Shown one piece after another: positions 1 through 15,359 of a stretch of 64,000 nucleotides of DNA. The first letter of the stretch is position 1, and every line of letters starts with the position of its first letter. A program made the position numbers and the translations under genes. The DNA comes from Catajapyx aquilonaris (lineage: Eukaryota), in the NCBI GenBank assembly GCA_000934665.2, contig KZ538390.1:1-64000 (forward strand). Direction: 5' to 3'. The notes beneath the pieces were generated by a model that worked only from the letters and a program-made list of their open reading frames with translations, was not told where the DNA came from and made no database searches.

Positions 1-153
1 GCCTCTCGCGTGACGCGTCTGAGCGCACCCGTTCCTTGTCTATGAACCCCCTCTAGATGGCGTTTCCGGACACGGTTTCCTATGTCAAAAATGTTTGGCT
101 TGGTCCCCTCTATTACCCCTACAAGTTTGTCGGCAGAATTCATTTACACCCTG
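1..153. mobile_element. Right end of a Tc1/mariner-type MITE (truncated by window start)
   Basis: Ends ...GTTTGTCGGCAGAATTCATTTACACCCTG followed by TA. The reverse complement resembles TACAGGGGGTGTCTGAATTCTGCCGAAAAACT at 18958-18989 and the CAGGGTG termini of the 47144-47568 MITE. Confidence 0.55.
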
Positions 154-3100
154 TATAGTCCGCTCAGTATAATCAGGGCGTTTTATTTTAAAAGCATTGC
201 ATTTTTTACTCGTATTTTGCTTCATTTACTGCATTGAGAGCAGAGCGCTGCTAGGGAAAAATAATGACACTACCTTAGGTATATGAACAGAAGTGAAAAG
301 GGTTTATAAAAATTATTCTTTAACGAACAATAATGTATGAGAGTCAAGAAAGACAGGAGAATTTGCTTAAATGTAGGTCTACAAATTGCAATGACCAAAC
401 AGATGAAGACAATGTTGCAAAGATCCAACGAGTTCACTGAAAAAAGCTGAAATATTTGATCTAATCATAATCTACTGTTCACTACAGTACATTCTTGTTC
501 GAGCGGAATCATCATCGGAAATTTCAGTGAACTCTGGGAAATGGCAACATGGATCGTCTCGTTCTTTTTGCCGCAACAGTAGTACGTAGTTGCTCAAGGT
601 ATAAGCGTAGGGCGGAGAACCCTATTTGGTAATGGAAATCGAGTGGTTCAGGTATGCATACACTGAAATCATTTTGGCGAGTTTGGTGGGGGAAAAAACG
701 GAATTGCTTAAACGTAATCTTTTCGTGGCTCTCCAACTAATACATTTTTTATAAGGAACGTGCCCAATATCCCCCGAGTTGTTACTACGCGATGTTTGGG
801 GGTTTTCGAGAGGGAAATTAAAACTCTATGCTTGAGAGCAATTTCACTATGAAGTCAAGTTATCCATAGAATTTTGAATATGCGACAATGACGATAATCA
901 ACAAGTAGTCTCATACAGTTAATTGAGAGAAGAAATGCGAATTATATGAAGTTATATCAGCGAGTTTTGTGTTAATTTTCTGCAAGGACAGCGTGCAACT
1001 TTAGCATGTTTTCAGGTCTGCAGTATCCTAAGTGTCTTGCCATTTTATGCTATACTTTGGGAAATACTGAGGAAGGCTAGTTTACTACCCATGCCGTAAA
1101 CTATCATGAATAAATAGCGAGGATTTTCCGGGGTATAATACTCCAGTAACTGTGGTCAAAGGAGTGAAAAAGCATTTAAAATACATAACAGCAACCATGA
1201 CAAAATTAATCGTTTGATAGTATTGGATCTTTTCTTGCACAGGGTGAATAATTGTAAAATTCCTGGACACTGCTTACATGATGGTATTTATTCACAAAAC
1301 TCACCAATCAACTCACACACGAAACGTTTTCTCTAGCGATTACTTCATCCCGGCATGCAATGACCTAAATTTGGGACAGTCACTGATTAAAAACCCAATT
1401 CAAAGGCAGTATTTTCCAAAATAATGATCTAACTACACAGATTTCATCATTAGATCATTTTTGAAACTGATAATGCAACATCTTAAGTGAGATGAATCTG
1501 TCTTCCCAAGAAGTTAATTTTCAGTTGGTTAAAGTTTTTCCCTCCCCCGTCCGAGTGCATCATCGCTGATTTGAGCCTACTCTATAAGCATATCAGAATT
1601 TCAATAAATTTCAGTTAGAGTTCAATTTCCTGACATTGATACCGGCAGCTACCGGTACTTTATAGACCTACATTACCGGTGCCGCTTAAAAAAGCTAGCC
1701 CATCAACAGGCACTGCGTAAGAGTGGGAGAAACCGGGTGTCTTGAAGTGCCGAAGACACTGAATTGCTGCAGTCACATTTATTTTGTAACTAAAATTATG
1801 CATTTGGCCATAATAATATACAAGGACTTGAAATATTTTATGATGTGCTGTATATTGCAAATATGTCAAATCGGTCATAATATCCTTATGATTCATGCGG
1901 AAACTTTTTGAATGTACAAGTACAAGTAAATAATATGTGTGGCAAATTTTTCTTGGTGAATCGTAGCAGCAGACCAATGCAAACAAAACTAATAGGAGTT
2001 TCTTTTACGCTATAGCCTATGTCAGGCAGTGTCGCATTACGCCCGCTGCCAGCATCAATAAGAAACGATTTTTTAAAGATCCGCCCGAATGTCACGGCAC
2101 CTGGTTGGTATCAGAAGGAACAGTTCAATAATATCGGTTTCGAGGTGTTCAGCAATCACTTGAGAAAATGCTACTAAACGTTTTATATAAAAATGTCAAG
2201 TAGTTTTTCCGGCAGTTCCTCAAAATTTTGTTTTCCAAAGTTCAATCTGCTACTGCCACGACACAGTGTAAAAATGTGACTAAATTTTAATAAACTCTAA
2301 TTTAATAATTTTTATTTTACATGTCAAAGTTCCGCATTTGATTAAGAAATACCGAGAGAAATACACTGCAGCAGTCTCACCTCGCCCATTATCGCCGGAA
2401 AAAGAGTGACACAGCTAAAAGGCCACTAATCCTAAATGTATTGTGAACTTTAATGCAGCGCGTGAATAATCCTACCGGCTAGTTTAGAGACAATAAATCA
2501 ATAACATCAAAGGACAGCAATTTGCCAATGAAATAATCGAGCCTTTCACGTATAACTCACGTTCAGTTTCCATCAAATGCAGGAGCCTTCCTTTTCAACG
2601 ATATTGCAGCTTCCATCCGTTAAATGTCCTGACAGAACGATGCTCTTTCTTGCTGTATTTCACTAACAAGTGCAGTAAGGCCCTCACACAACACCATAAA
2701 GTCATTGCAGGTTAAACCTCCCGTGACTGTGTACTGTACTCCATACACTGAATGTGGCAACTATCATATCCCTTTCTCTCAGCTGTCACTCCAATTTTAC
2801 CAGAGCCTCATTTTGTAATTCCATGAGATCGGAGAGAACGCTCAAAGCGACGTAAATGATACCAACTGCGATAGTCCACACATTCACAAACTTGCAACAT
2901 ATGCTGGTCCTTGATATACCGTACAATTTTTATTATTTTATCGTTTGTTACAAAATGAGCTTCAACATAGCTGATGAAAGACTTTTACGTAACACAACGT
3001 AAGATAACGGGATACTAAAGAATTGTGTCATTCTTTTGTGACTCTCTGACTACTTCTCTACGTTCTGTCAACACTGGGTTTCTAAAAGGCGAGTCAACAT

Positions 3101-6100
3101 TGTAGGTACACTGCTTATCTATTACGCGGCTTGGATTAAGACAAAAGTTACATCGGAAGTAACCTGTTACTAGAGCTGCTAATTTCGATAAAGTAGGCCT
3201 ATCGTTCGCGTAATTTAAATTTTTAATTCTTTTGCTGTTATGGTATAACAAGTATTACGCATAATTTAAAATACCGGCCCTAACCTACATTCATGGATTG
3301 ATTTTTCCCAAAGAAGATTCTCCAGTTACTCATACTCAAATGAGCAGGACCCAGCGTTAATAATCAGATGATACGAATGATGCGCCAACAATTCAATCTG
3401 GCCCTCAAGGTCAGATACCATGAATATATTCAGTGCTGAACGATCCTTGGGAGAAGTAGCAGTAATGTCTATAAGTATAAAAGTGGGTAACATGTTGCAA
3501 ACTAGGAAACTGTACATAGTTTTACTTTTCAGATATCTGCAAGGTACTGTACATTTTTCAGATTTTCAATACAGTTACGGGGCGTAATAATGACCCATCA
3601 TACCGCATCTACCAGATCATTAGCATTTCAAAAAAGGACGGAAACCAAATGGATAAAAGGACAAAAAATTGCGTGTTATTGCAATTAATTCGCTCACGAG
3701 TCACATGGCATCATTTCACTGAGGATTTATAAATATTGCACTGCTGTCATATGTATATCACAGGATCATTACAATAATTTTAAAAACTAAACTGCCTGCA
3801 AAAATGCCATTTTCACAACTGACAAGTCTGGGAAAACTCACAGTCACTTGTTCACATGCCCATAGTACATTATCCTCCGGCATAAACAAATTTTGAGCAA
3901 TATTTTCATAAGCCAGGGCTCGCTCAACTCCGCCATCTCATTTGAGATGCTGCTGTCATGAGATAACGCAACGCTCAAAAATGTAAATCTCTCAACTACT
4001 GGATTCACTCCCCATTATGTAAATGCACAATTTGACAAAACCACCTGATATACATGTGTAATTTTAAATGCACGCTCAAGTGTCCGGAAATTTTAATCTC
4101 ATAAATTGTGAAGATCATTCTACCATACCCAATAAAACTAATGTTTTTATGTCTCTATACTGTATAAAATTATTTTATAAGCACGATAGCAACAGTCAAC
4201 CCAGCTCCTACAGACGCCTAACACAACAGCTCGATATCGTGAAATGACCCTGCACAGCCTGCATGGTACATTCGGGTCGAGCCCTCCCGTAATTGATCAG
4301 ATAACAAATGCGACAATTTACATATACCAGAATTCGGCGAGAAAAAAAAAGAAAAAAAAATTCCGAGCATTTGGGAGTGGCAGCGAGAAAGTGCGGCAAG
4401 AAAGTGGTCGCACCCAAAGACTTTCTCAGGACCCGAGCATTATCCGGAGAATCTCCTTATCCTAAACCTCCTCTTCCTCCCTCAATCTACATGTAAAGAA
4501 GGAATTTGGCAGAAGCGTTGCCATACTTTGCTCCCTCCTCAATAGTGAGAGGTATGAAAGAAAAGGTTAGGAAAAGGGCGAGAGATGAGGAAGAGGGGGG
4601 GGGGGNGGGGGGGGGGGCCAAGTTTGCTTCCTTTCCAGAAGACCGAAATAAAGGAAAGGAATAACCTTACTAGTGGAAGATCCAACAGGAGGATGGAAAA
4701 AAATGAGGTAGGAGGATGGCCCGCTGAGCTAATCCGCGAGAAAGGTTCTTGTTTGCTTTCTTTCAAGCGGGGGAGGGCTATTGGAATATACGATGTGGTT
4801 TCCAGAAAGAATTTCTTCCCCCGTTTCTTCTTCTTTTTTTTCACCAGAAAGGGAAAAGGCGAGGCGGAGTAATGGGTCTGCCCGACTCAGGTTTCTCTCC
4901 GCTAAGTGAGTTGTGCTGCCATGCAGCCACTTTATTGACGCAGCTTCAACACGGTTAAGACGCCATTTTACACCGCGGAAGGAGAGCCTTCCGTATGTTC
5001 CAGGAAGTGCTGCCAGTTCGTTTCTAGTTGATTAATGTTCTCAGCTTCCTTCCGGACAAAATTGGAATACATTTTTGGGTGGGTGGCCCCCCTTTTTTTT
5101 TGCAGGGAAGCAACAAAATGTTCGAGATGATGGAATATATACGTGGGATCGCTTCCACCAGGAACTGGCTTGTGAAAATATCTGGGAGGAAGTTGCCACA
5201 AATGCCGCGTAATTATTTAAAAACCGGGCTAGTCAAACATATGAGAAATGTCAATACTGAGGGGGCATAACGCACTTCTAGTTTAAACTGAATTAATATC
5301 CATCACGCAGTATGTGTGGTTACTCGTCTGACCAGGTACTATATGGAGTGCATGACAATGCTAACAAGCCGGTGTAATAAAATGTGGAAAAGTACGGTGT
5401 GTACACCTATAGGCAGTGGGATGTGGATCAACTGCGGGACTTACAGTACTTTTTAGCAGAGGTCATCAAACTATCGCTCTGACATCGGCAGACAGGGAAG
5501 AGCCTCATTACCAACACCACGCTGCATTTGATTACATTTTTGAGCTTCTCGTGCCAAACAAACAACCCTCGTTTTCCATTTTAAAAAACAGCTGGTAATT
5601 AACCGTACAGAGCACAACGAGGCGATTAGTTTTCGCTTATCACCACTGGTGAAATGAGCATTTCCTGTTTTCAATTGTCAGCCTGGCAATTTTCTCTCTC
5701 CAATTTTTAGCTGCGCAGTTCATTCGATTAGCTACGGTTAGCGACATTGAACCATTTTTGAATTACAGAATGGAACTGATAAATGAGGGCATTGCCATTT
5801 TGATAGATCATTGAATTATCCACCATATACATTATTATGACTTGTTCATGCACAGAAAGTGAAAATGCCGGTATATTGTGTGTGGCTTGATGAATCAGAG
5901 GGAAAATTTTTATAACAGCAGTTCGAGTATGAGCATGCATATTCTAGACTGTACATAGGTCCAGATCCAGGTCTAAAATTAACATTGTTCAACTCTTTAT
6001 TCTTTTTGCAGTGAACTATATATTACACTGGCAACAGGACTGATTCTACTCTTGTACGAGTTTAATATAGTAGGGCCTACTATTGAAATGTGTAGATAAA

Positions 6101-6975
6101 AACACTGCAAACACAATAACAATAACACGACAGGCCAAAAAAAAGTTTGGCAGGACATACAGTACTCTGGCCCAACTCGCCCGCGGTGAAGTATGTGGGA
6201 CATGATGATTGTTGTGTCGCACCATCATATATCTGGCTGAAACTTTTTCGACAGATAAGACAACATGACACACCATTTCTCTCGGACTGTTTACATTTTC
6301 ATTTTTCAGCCCACTATTTTAAAGAGAGCACAGGCAAAACTTTCATAAGTTAAATATTATATCACTTCAAGTTATAAACATAAAATAAAATAAACCCAAA
6401 CAATGATAAAGTTTCAATAAAATAAATTGACATAATAATTTACTCGATATTTAACCTGATGGGTTTCTGCCCTAGTGGTCCACCCAGCTCAACTGACAAA
6501 CTGGGTTGGATCAATAGGGTAATTATATGTCCTATGGGATCGTACATTTCATATAAATCAGCTGTGTTGCCTCGCGTGTCCTAAATTCCAAAATAATAAA
6601 TCATTTAAATGCCTCAGAATACAAATGAATTGTTGGAGCAGCTTAAAAAATCCCAAAATGTGAAAATTCTAAAAGTATATGCAAGAGTGCTGATAATATT
6701 CTCAGAAAAAAATTTCAGTTTAGATCCTATGTTTTCATGTATAAAATTGTAGTCTGAAATTACGTTGGAAAATCACTTGAATTTCACATAATTATTTTAT
6801 AAGTAACTTTTTCACTTATTCAAAAAATACTCCGAGAAGGCTCAACGTTTTCAGGTTTAAAATGTAAGTGTTATTCTATCTATCTAGCAGTACACATTCG
6901 TACAATTGCCTATTGTTAATACTGTACTTCTAGCTTCTTCTCCAAAAATTGACCACGCAGACTTCTCTTTCGGAT

Positions 6976-6985
6976 GATGATGATG

Positions 6986-7049
<64 letters not shown>

Positions 7050-7393
7050 TAATAATAATAATAATCCGGGGTAGTGCTTGACCTCATCTGAGATATGCAG
7101 CACAGGCCTTTATTTATTACATCAAGTACATTTGAGCCTTTTTACGTAGCGCCCGGGCCCACGGGCAGGATGACAGGAAGGGATGTGCAAGGTGCAGTGA
7201 TTGTCTTAAACGTGGCCATTTTTAGTGAACTCCCCCGGGTGGTTTAGTCTGTTGGGATTACCACCCGAGACAAAGCCAGAGGTGACCCTGAACTTTGCAC
7301 GAGATGAAGGGGGTGTCCCCGGGCTGGGATCGAACCCGGGACCTTAACATCCGTGGGCGCATACGTTACCGCATCAGCACCACTCCGCCTCCC
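6976..7393 (-). mobile_element. tRNA-derived SINE, family A copy 1, with (TTA)n tail
   Basis: Minus-strand A box (TGGTGCTGATGCGG) and B box (GGTTCGATCCC, 7326-7336). Close match to 15499-15903. The microsatellite tail is at 6976-7064, and TSD CTCTTTCGGAT is at 6965-6975 and 7394-7404. Confidence 0.9.
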
Positions 7394-10156
7394 CTCTTTC
7401 GGATAATAAGCTATTCGATTTTTCTGCAGGCGTCAGATACTTTTGAACATGGATTACATAGTGCTCGAATCTGCAACTGGCATCAAATAAATCGTAACAG
7501 AGTGTAATCTTCGGAAAATTCGGTTCGCCAAATATTAGCATGATAGTCGACTGGGCTAATTGTAAGAAGTTAGTTGAGGGTAACTATGGAGTTAACCCAC
7601 TGTACTGTAGTAAAAATACTCAAATTTTAGACCTAGTTTACCCCTACGTGTCGCAAACCATCCACGATCTTGTACGGCATGATCAAAAGTCGATAGGAAA
7701 ATCAGAAGCACTGCATATTATCTAAGGTATAGGCAACATTTCCTATTGGAAAGATCAAAAGCCTTTGGACAAACCGTTCTGACAAGAATAATATTGCACC
7801 CAAACTGGCCATGCAAATAATTTCTACCCTTTATGCAGATCATAATGTTATCAGCGGTAACAATTGAAGGCGACTTCAATTCTTCAGGTTCCTCGCTTCC
7901 TTCTGTTTCTAATTACACGCGTGACAGCTTTGATAAATTCGGCACAAATTTTTGTTTGCTGGCCCTTTCCTGAAGCGTTCCCTAAATTATCATGCCTGGT
8001 AGCTTCGACCGACCAACAGTGCCTCATGTTTTGCATAACATACATACGTGCTCGGGACAGAAAGCCGCAGTGCTTCCAGCTTCCTTTGATATTTGCGATT
8101 TGAACTGTTTTATGAAACCCATGGAGTATGTGACTGCATCAAACTTTACATAATTAATGGTAATTTTCAAACGTTCCAACGCTGAATAGCCTATGCCCAT
8201 CATGAAATACATGTCACATGAGAACGTTTGCGTTTGGGCTGAATCACATGCGGGTTATTAGAAGCGCCATGTTATGCTAAAAAAGTGATATACTCTCATG
8301 CATTAGTTGAAGCATTATAATTGATACTCATAATCTTTCATTAATATGCACATGAATGAATTTGAATTATTCGAGGATCACTAGCTATTTTAATTTATTT
8401 GACAAATACTGTGCAGAGCTACAGTAAATTAACAGGTCATAGTACTAATTGCTAAATAATGCTATAGGATACATTAATTATACCGATTCTAGCTCTGACC
8501 ACTGAGTTCTTGATGGCGTTAAAGTGGTAAAGCCATATTTTTTACATCTGTGATTTGCAAATGTACAGTATGACGCTACCCGTGTACTGTAGCTGTTTAT
8601 TTTTTCAGGTACAGCAACTTGGGCTCATGAACATCTGCACTATCATAAACTCATTATCTACGTAGGCTCTGACTCTAACCTGAAATAGGGCGCAAAAGCT
8701 GAGTGCCTGTAGCTCTAAGCACTATAAACGAGAAAGAAACTATTTCAGGTATGTTGTTAGCTTACTGAGTGGTCACCCACAGCTGCTTCTGTTAAGGCGA
8801 TTCTGCATGTATTCGATATTCTTAATTTCGTTGCCAGAGAACGAAAACAGAGAGATGAACACAGTTTACGAAAAAAAAATCAAGAATCGCCAGAAATAGC
8901 TAGTAGCATAGTTTGATATGGTCAGTGTTATTGACCACACATAATGGAATAAACAGTCCACAATTTATTTAACTTCTCCATCAGTCTCACAACCCTTAAT
9001 GGGCAAGAAACAAAACAGTGCTCATTGCATCTAAATTTAAAAATTTGAGTAACAGAAAGCAATTTGTACGGTTCCAGTCACACATTAAACATGACCTTTC
9101 ATGCGCCTTTTGCACGTCTTGGGCCTTAGGTTCACTATTAATAAAATCAAGACAAAATGTAAGAGCAGGGCTACAAATCTAGAATTATGTTCACTTGAAT
9201 GTGCCCGTCGAATGCAAGCAGAAAATCCCTCCAGCTACTGACTGGACATTTTTGAAGCTTCCTTCACCTCGGCTGTACCGAAAAACAAAGCAATAATCCC
9301 GACTGCCATTGCCGGAAAAGTAAAAGGCAATCACTTAATGCATCACTCACAGTGACACCATTCTGCGGAAAATCCCTCCGCGGAACTTGTTCTTTCCACC
9401 TATTGGACCGTGGTACAGTAGAAGAAGACAGAAAGAAGTAGGAAAAAAGAGAGTAAAAAGGTAGAAGTTTGTGGGGAGAGATTTCCAGTCCGTCCCATTT
9501 CATTCCTAAGACCGAGTCCCGAAGCGTTTCGGGGCAGGGACCGGGAAAGCCGGAAAATCCGTCTTGTTTTAGCGTCCGCCTAAGCTGGCAGCAGGACTGA
9601 GGTTTGCCAGAGGATGGAGTCGCGCCTTTTTTTCTTCTTCTTCTTCCTTCACCTACTGTATAGAAACTCCAGGCCTAGCCTCTGAGGAATTTGGGTTTCC
9701 AGACTAACATTGGGCACAAGGCCTTGCGTCATTCGGCTATAGTACCCGCACGAAATAATTACCCGTGACGTTATTCTACTCATGGGAATCGGTTTGGCGT
9801 GCATCCTATAAGCATATGCGCTAGCCAACCGTCCGTTTTATATATACAATGTGATACAAAAGGTACAGGATGAAAGAGACTTATTGCCACGCACAGATGG
9901 AGCTGAATGCCAGTCATAATACAAGCTGCTTTCGCCCTGGAATGGGCACTCCATCCACAGTGAAAGTGGGGCTTGCAGGACAGCCACTTACAGGACCACA
10001 GATATGGAAGGCAGATGGCTTTATATTCAGAATAGAATCTAAAGGTGCCTACTTCCTTTCTAACCCAGTTTCCTTGTGGTATTCCAAAAAGAAATCGCTC
10101 TAGTAGATGTTGAAGTTTTCGGCTCCATCATGGAGACAATTGCATCCATGTCAGCG

Positions 10157-10586
<430 letters not shown>

Positions 10587-13500
10587 GCATCAATGGCGGC
10601 GACGAAGAATATCCTGCATGTTAGGCGACCCGTGTAGCACGAGTGCTTGGGAATTTACATAATTAGCTGGGTGGTAATGAAATATTTATCAGTAAAATCG
10701 ACTAGGGGAACTCCACCATCAAAAATCGCAAGGAACCTGAGTGCCACAAGAAGTGGGCACCTCTACAGAAACATCCCGTACAGTTGGTATCGTCTATAGG
10801 CTCCTTTAAAACGGTTTGTATTATTCAAAGTCAATCGACTATTGAGATGTATTACAGTATGCGCATTGAACATTACTAGTATACAAATACATGTACCTGG
10901 CTGGAGGAGTTCCTTGGGTTGCAAAATCCTAAGCCTGTTTCTGCGACTTCCACATCTGACAACCTCCAGAGAAGAAACGCAAATACGTTTTTTCCACTCC
11001 CATTCTTTCTGACGCCAGAGGCCTATGCAAGCACGTTGAAGAAGGATACCACCCATAAATATTCCCTGAGTAGTAAATTGCAGCCTCACTTTAAAATGCG
11101 TAATATCTCCCTCGAGACACTGTGGCAAAATTCAATAACGGAGTTACCTCATCTGACAGCTCAATACAATAGGGGTTCGTCCCGAAATCCTCCGCAGACG
11201 CCATCTTGTCTTTCTCATTCTCTCCTGGAGTATCCCAACAAGGTAACTGCATTAAGGCCGAGCGGCGCATAATGCATTTTCTCCAAGAGGTTTTGGGCAA
11301 GTAGGATGCACGCTCATTGCCTTTGAGTTAAAATGGCCTAAATTGGATCGGGCACGGGGCTATACCGGGAGGAAAGGGCAAAAGATGGATGAGTGCTCCA
11401 ATTAGGACCTCAACTCTGCGCGGTCCAAGTTTTCCAAGATGGGCGCTAGGGCAAAATAGTGCTGCTGGAGTGCACTACTGTAGTGGTGCAGCCATCTTGA
11501 AGCTTCTGTCAAACTACCCTTTAAAATTGTTCTCTCAAGTGTCCCGGTCGCCTTTGCAACCTCACCTCTCTAAGGTTGCCTCTTCCGCCCTAAGGTCCCT
11601 AATTGCATTTCAGAAAGGAATTAGGCTCCCTTACAGCACGTATCATTGGATTAGGGTGAGAAGGCGAATTTTCCTGCTCTCGAAACACTTAAGCTACGAT
11701 AATGTACGGGCAATTCTCAAGAAATGGTATATTTTTTTTATTTTTCGAGCAAAATGCCTCTCTCAACACCACGTTGCTCAAACGAGCGGTCCAACGACTA
11801 GCATAAGGTTAGAACCCATACGGTAGTAAATTGTTCCGTATCAAGACAAAGGTCGGAATCAAAGCCAAGAACTGCCCCGTTCTCCATTGTAAGCGTCGGT
11901 AATTACGATACAAAAGAGGGCAGCCTGTAAAAACCCAGGCCTTAGAACCGTGTACATCTTGTTCCTATACGCAGTCTGAATGGTACATTAGGATTGGGTT
12001 TTACGTCTCTCTCAGACCGTAAATACCATGCAACAACCAGTACTGTTCTTTAGAAATGCTGTCGCATGCAATGGTGTTTTTTCACTTGTTCTCTTGTATA
12101 GTAAAAAATGTCATTCCAACCAGCATTAGGTTTCCCGTATTATAATTTAGTTCCCTATAATGTAACGTCTGCAAGACATAAAATATAATCCTTGGACAAG
12201 GGCCGTCTGCACGAGGGGGCAAATGTACAAAAAATAGGAAAAAAGAGGAAAAGGAAGGAATATATCAAGCGGCGAAATAAAGGCGAACAACAATTTGGAA
12301 CTGGCATTGTCATGGATGGCGATTTATAATTTTTGGTCTCCCGACCACAACTCGCATGAAGTTTAGCAATAACACCACCTAGGGAGCTACAAAAATCGGT
12401 ATGAATAATGTCGGCTGTAAAAAAAACTTTACTACGTTTGATATTGGAGTAAAATTACTATCCTTTCTCAAGAATAACTGTCGAATTCCTTAGCTATAGA
12501 GTAGGAATCCTAGCTGAAATCAGCGAGCCCACAAGATAACAGGTAATGTGTATCACATGACAGTTCGCATCGGAAATACAATTACAAGGGAGGGGTAGAT
12601 GGAAACAACGATGAATAGGCGGAGCAACAGTCTATGACAGGATTTTGGTACAGTCTCATTCGATCAGATAATTCTGGAGCATAATTACCCCTTTTGCCTA
12701 GACAGTTGTTTGATAAAGGACTCAAATTAAGAATCCAGGAAACTAACACATGTTATCTCACAGCGCAGATGCCAAATCGATGCGGGTTTCTGACGGCTAA
12801 AAAAATTTGCTTCCCGTCAAAACATCCGGCGTGCCACCGAATCATGTTAAAACAAACCAAGTTATTCAACATATTCGTCAAAGTTTAGAGGAAAACCCCA
12901 AGGGCGGAAACAAGGGACACCCCATCATCTCCTCTTTATTCCTTTCCTCCCGAGCTTGAACTCTGTGACGCCTTGCTCCTTGACGCAACATCCGCGCCCT
13001 CATAATAATTTCAAATGAAGTAGAAACTCTCTTCCATCTACCAGCGATTACGAGGAAATGTAACCACAGCTTGGCTACAGGAGCCTGTCATCTGGCTCTT
13101 AATGTACGGAGGGGCGGCATAAGAAGTTGCGGGAGGACTGGGCACGAATTATCATTTTAATCAAGTCTCTTCTTTTTTGTAGTCTTGCCCTCAGTGTTAC
13201 TGCCGAGATTCATGGAAGTCAATGGTTTTGGGCAAAAACTTGGTGCTTTCGTCTTCGCTCTGAATCTAGAATGATGCAACCTTCTCATCCCAGATGTTCC
13301 CATTAACACTACTAACGAGAGAGGTCATATAAGGTGGCGGGAATTCATAACTTGTTCCTTGTTCCTGGTTTACACTTCAGACACAATGGGACTGCCAGAC
13401 TTTCTATAGTTGCTGCCATCTGTTGACAGCAAAAGCTTATATTAAGTTTTAGGCAGTTCTATAAATGCTGCCACAAACTGGAACAAATCTAAGGCCATAT

Positions 13501-14708
13501 TCTTGACTACGAACAATCTTAATAAGAAGCGGAGCATTCAACTGATAATTTTCCTGTCACATTGTATGATTTATTTTTATTATGGAACCCAGATATACGG
13601 CACCTGAATTATTTTAGGGTAAAATTTTAAATATTTCTTTTTATGAGCATATGAAGAACATAATGACTAAAAGTAACAAAATTGTATAAGTGTCCTATAT
13701 GTAGGACATCAGCCATATCTCCAGCGTGTGACATAGCCTTCAGAGACACTCAAAATTTAATTAGGTGAAGTTGACGCCAAAACTATGCACCGACACACAT
13801 ACCATCACGATTTTTATCAACCGAATAATTTATTCTGCAAAGATTGAAACTGTTATTTGATTGTCCTATTTAATTCACTTTAAAGCCATTGGTCACGTAC
13901 TAATTCGTCGAAGGAGCCTCACACGAATACAAAATAGGAACCTCAAAAATGGACCCCACAAAAAGATTCAGTAGCTGAGGAGGTGAGGCAACGAACATCT
14001 CGCCGGCTTCCTGATTATTCCTTCTGGGCCCAGGACGTTATTTCATTCTTCGCACTTGCCACCGCCCAACTGCATCAGCAGAACTCATTTTCACCAATTC
14101 CGCAGACGACTCGTTCTTCGCACTTTTTTTCCGGCTCGTTCTTTTCTATCCTCTCTCCTTTTCCACTCGAAAAACCCTTCTTTCTGCTATATACGGGATG
14201 CAGTGCCCCTAAAAAAAAGTGCTGGTTTTCTCATGGAATATTCTTAGACCTATATAGAGACGTTATTGCCTCGCTTATTAAATACCGAAATCGGCAGTAA
14301 TAAAGCCATGTACCTGTAATTTCCCCCAAAAGGCGGATACATGCTACTATGAGATAACTAGTGGGCCATGCATTTGGGGGCAATATCTCAGCTGGTTGGA
14401 TTTCACGCGTCATTTGTGATCCACCTATCAAAGGCCTAGAATTCGTGTCAAAAAATAATCTGCCTCATATCAGGGGGAATTTGGAACCCCCCCTCCCCCC
14501 CTGCAGACTGAGGACAAAAAAAGGACGGGGCGGGTGATTACGGGGGACCACTTTGACGGGAAATGGAGGAGGAAAGAGCGTCGTGAAGAAGTCCCATTTC
14601 TGCCGGCTGACATGCACAAGCTCAAAGGCTTCTTCTTGATTTTTTTTTCTCTCTCTCTCTCGTTCTCCTCCTTCTCTCCCACTCATCTTTCCGCCTCTTC
14701 CCCAACAG

Positions 14709-14842
14709 ATATGCCAGATGATCGGCCGCTCATTATTGTGGAAAAGACCGAATACGAGGTGGGCGAGAAACTCCGGGCCAACTGCACTTCGCCGCGATCA
14801 TATCCAGCTGCCAACCTCACTTGGTACGTCAACGACAAGCCG
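14709..14842 (+). CDS. beat: Beaten path (Beat)-family IgSF protein, internal coding exon (N-terminal half of second Ig domain)
   Basis: A long pyrimidine tract and CCCAACAG acceptor end at 14708, with a GTAAGT donor at 14843. Translation (x)MPDDRPLIIVEKTEYEVGEKLRANCTSPRSYPAANLTWYVNDKP matches the Beat Ig2 pattern P-x-I..Y..G(E/D)xLxANCTS..SxPAANLTWxxN. Phase 1 in, phase 0 out. The paralog cannot be assigned by eye. Confidence 0.88.
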
Positions 14843-15199
14843 GTAAGTTGGATCCTATTCACAATTACTCGCTTCTTACGTGTTAGCATTCACGCGGTAA
14901 TTGGGCTGTCTTGTCAGGGCACGTTCGTACGCTCGATGGTTGCAGGTACGGCGCAGTGCGGTGCGGTGCGACATCTAGCGGCGAATGCGCTGACATTTCT
15001 CTGTGCTAAATTGTGTGCAGAATGGGAGGAACTTCTTTTCATGAGCAATGAAGTGCTTTGTAACTCAATTTTCATACAAATCTTGCACGAATAATTTGAT
15101 GCACGCAGTGTGTCAGACATGCCTAGACGAGGTACTGTAAATGCGGGAATATGTTGTGTTGATGTACTAAAAGGCAAGGGGTTAACCACTCGACTGTAA

Positions 15200-15359
15200 A
15201 GTGTACTATCGGGTTCAAATGCTTTTGGCCACTTTATCCTGGTCTTGAAGCAACCCTTCGCACAGACCCCACGTTAAGGAGGTGTGTGTGTGCGTGTGTG
15301 AAGGGTTGCTTAAAGACCAGGATAAAGTGGCCAAAAGTATTTGAACCCGATAGTACACT
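15200..15359. repeat. Long foldback inverted repeat (65-bp arms, 30-nt loop)
   Basis: 15200-15264 is the reverse complement of 15295-15359 at 62 of 65 positions by eye count. Confidence 0.9.

Noticed and set aside
14534..15094. 186-aa single-exon ORF
   Set aside because: Only 14709-14842 is Beat-like and bounded by splice sites; the flanks are a translated pyrimidine tract and intron.
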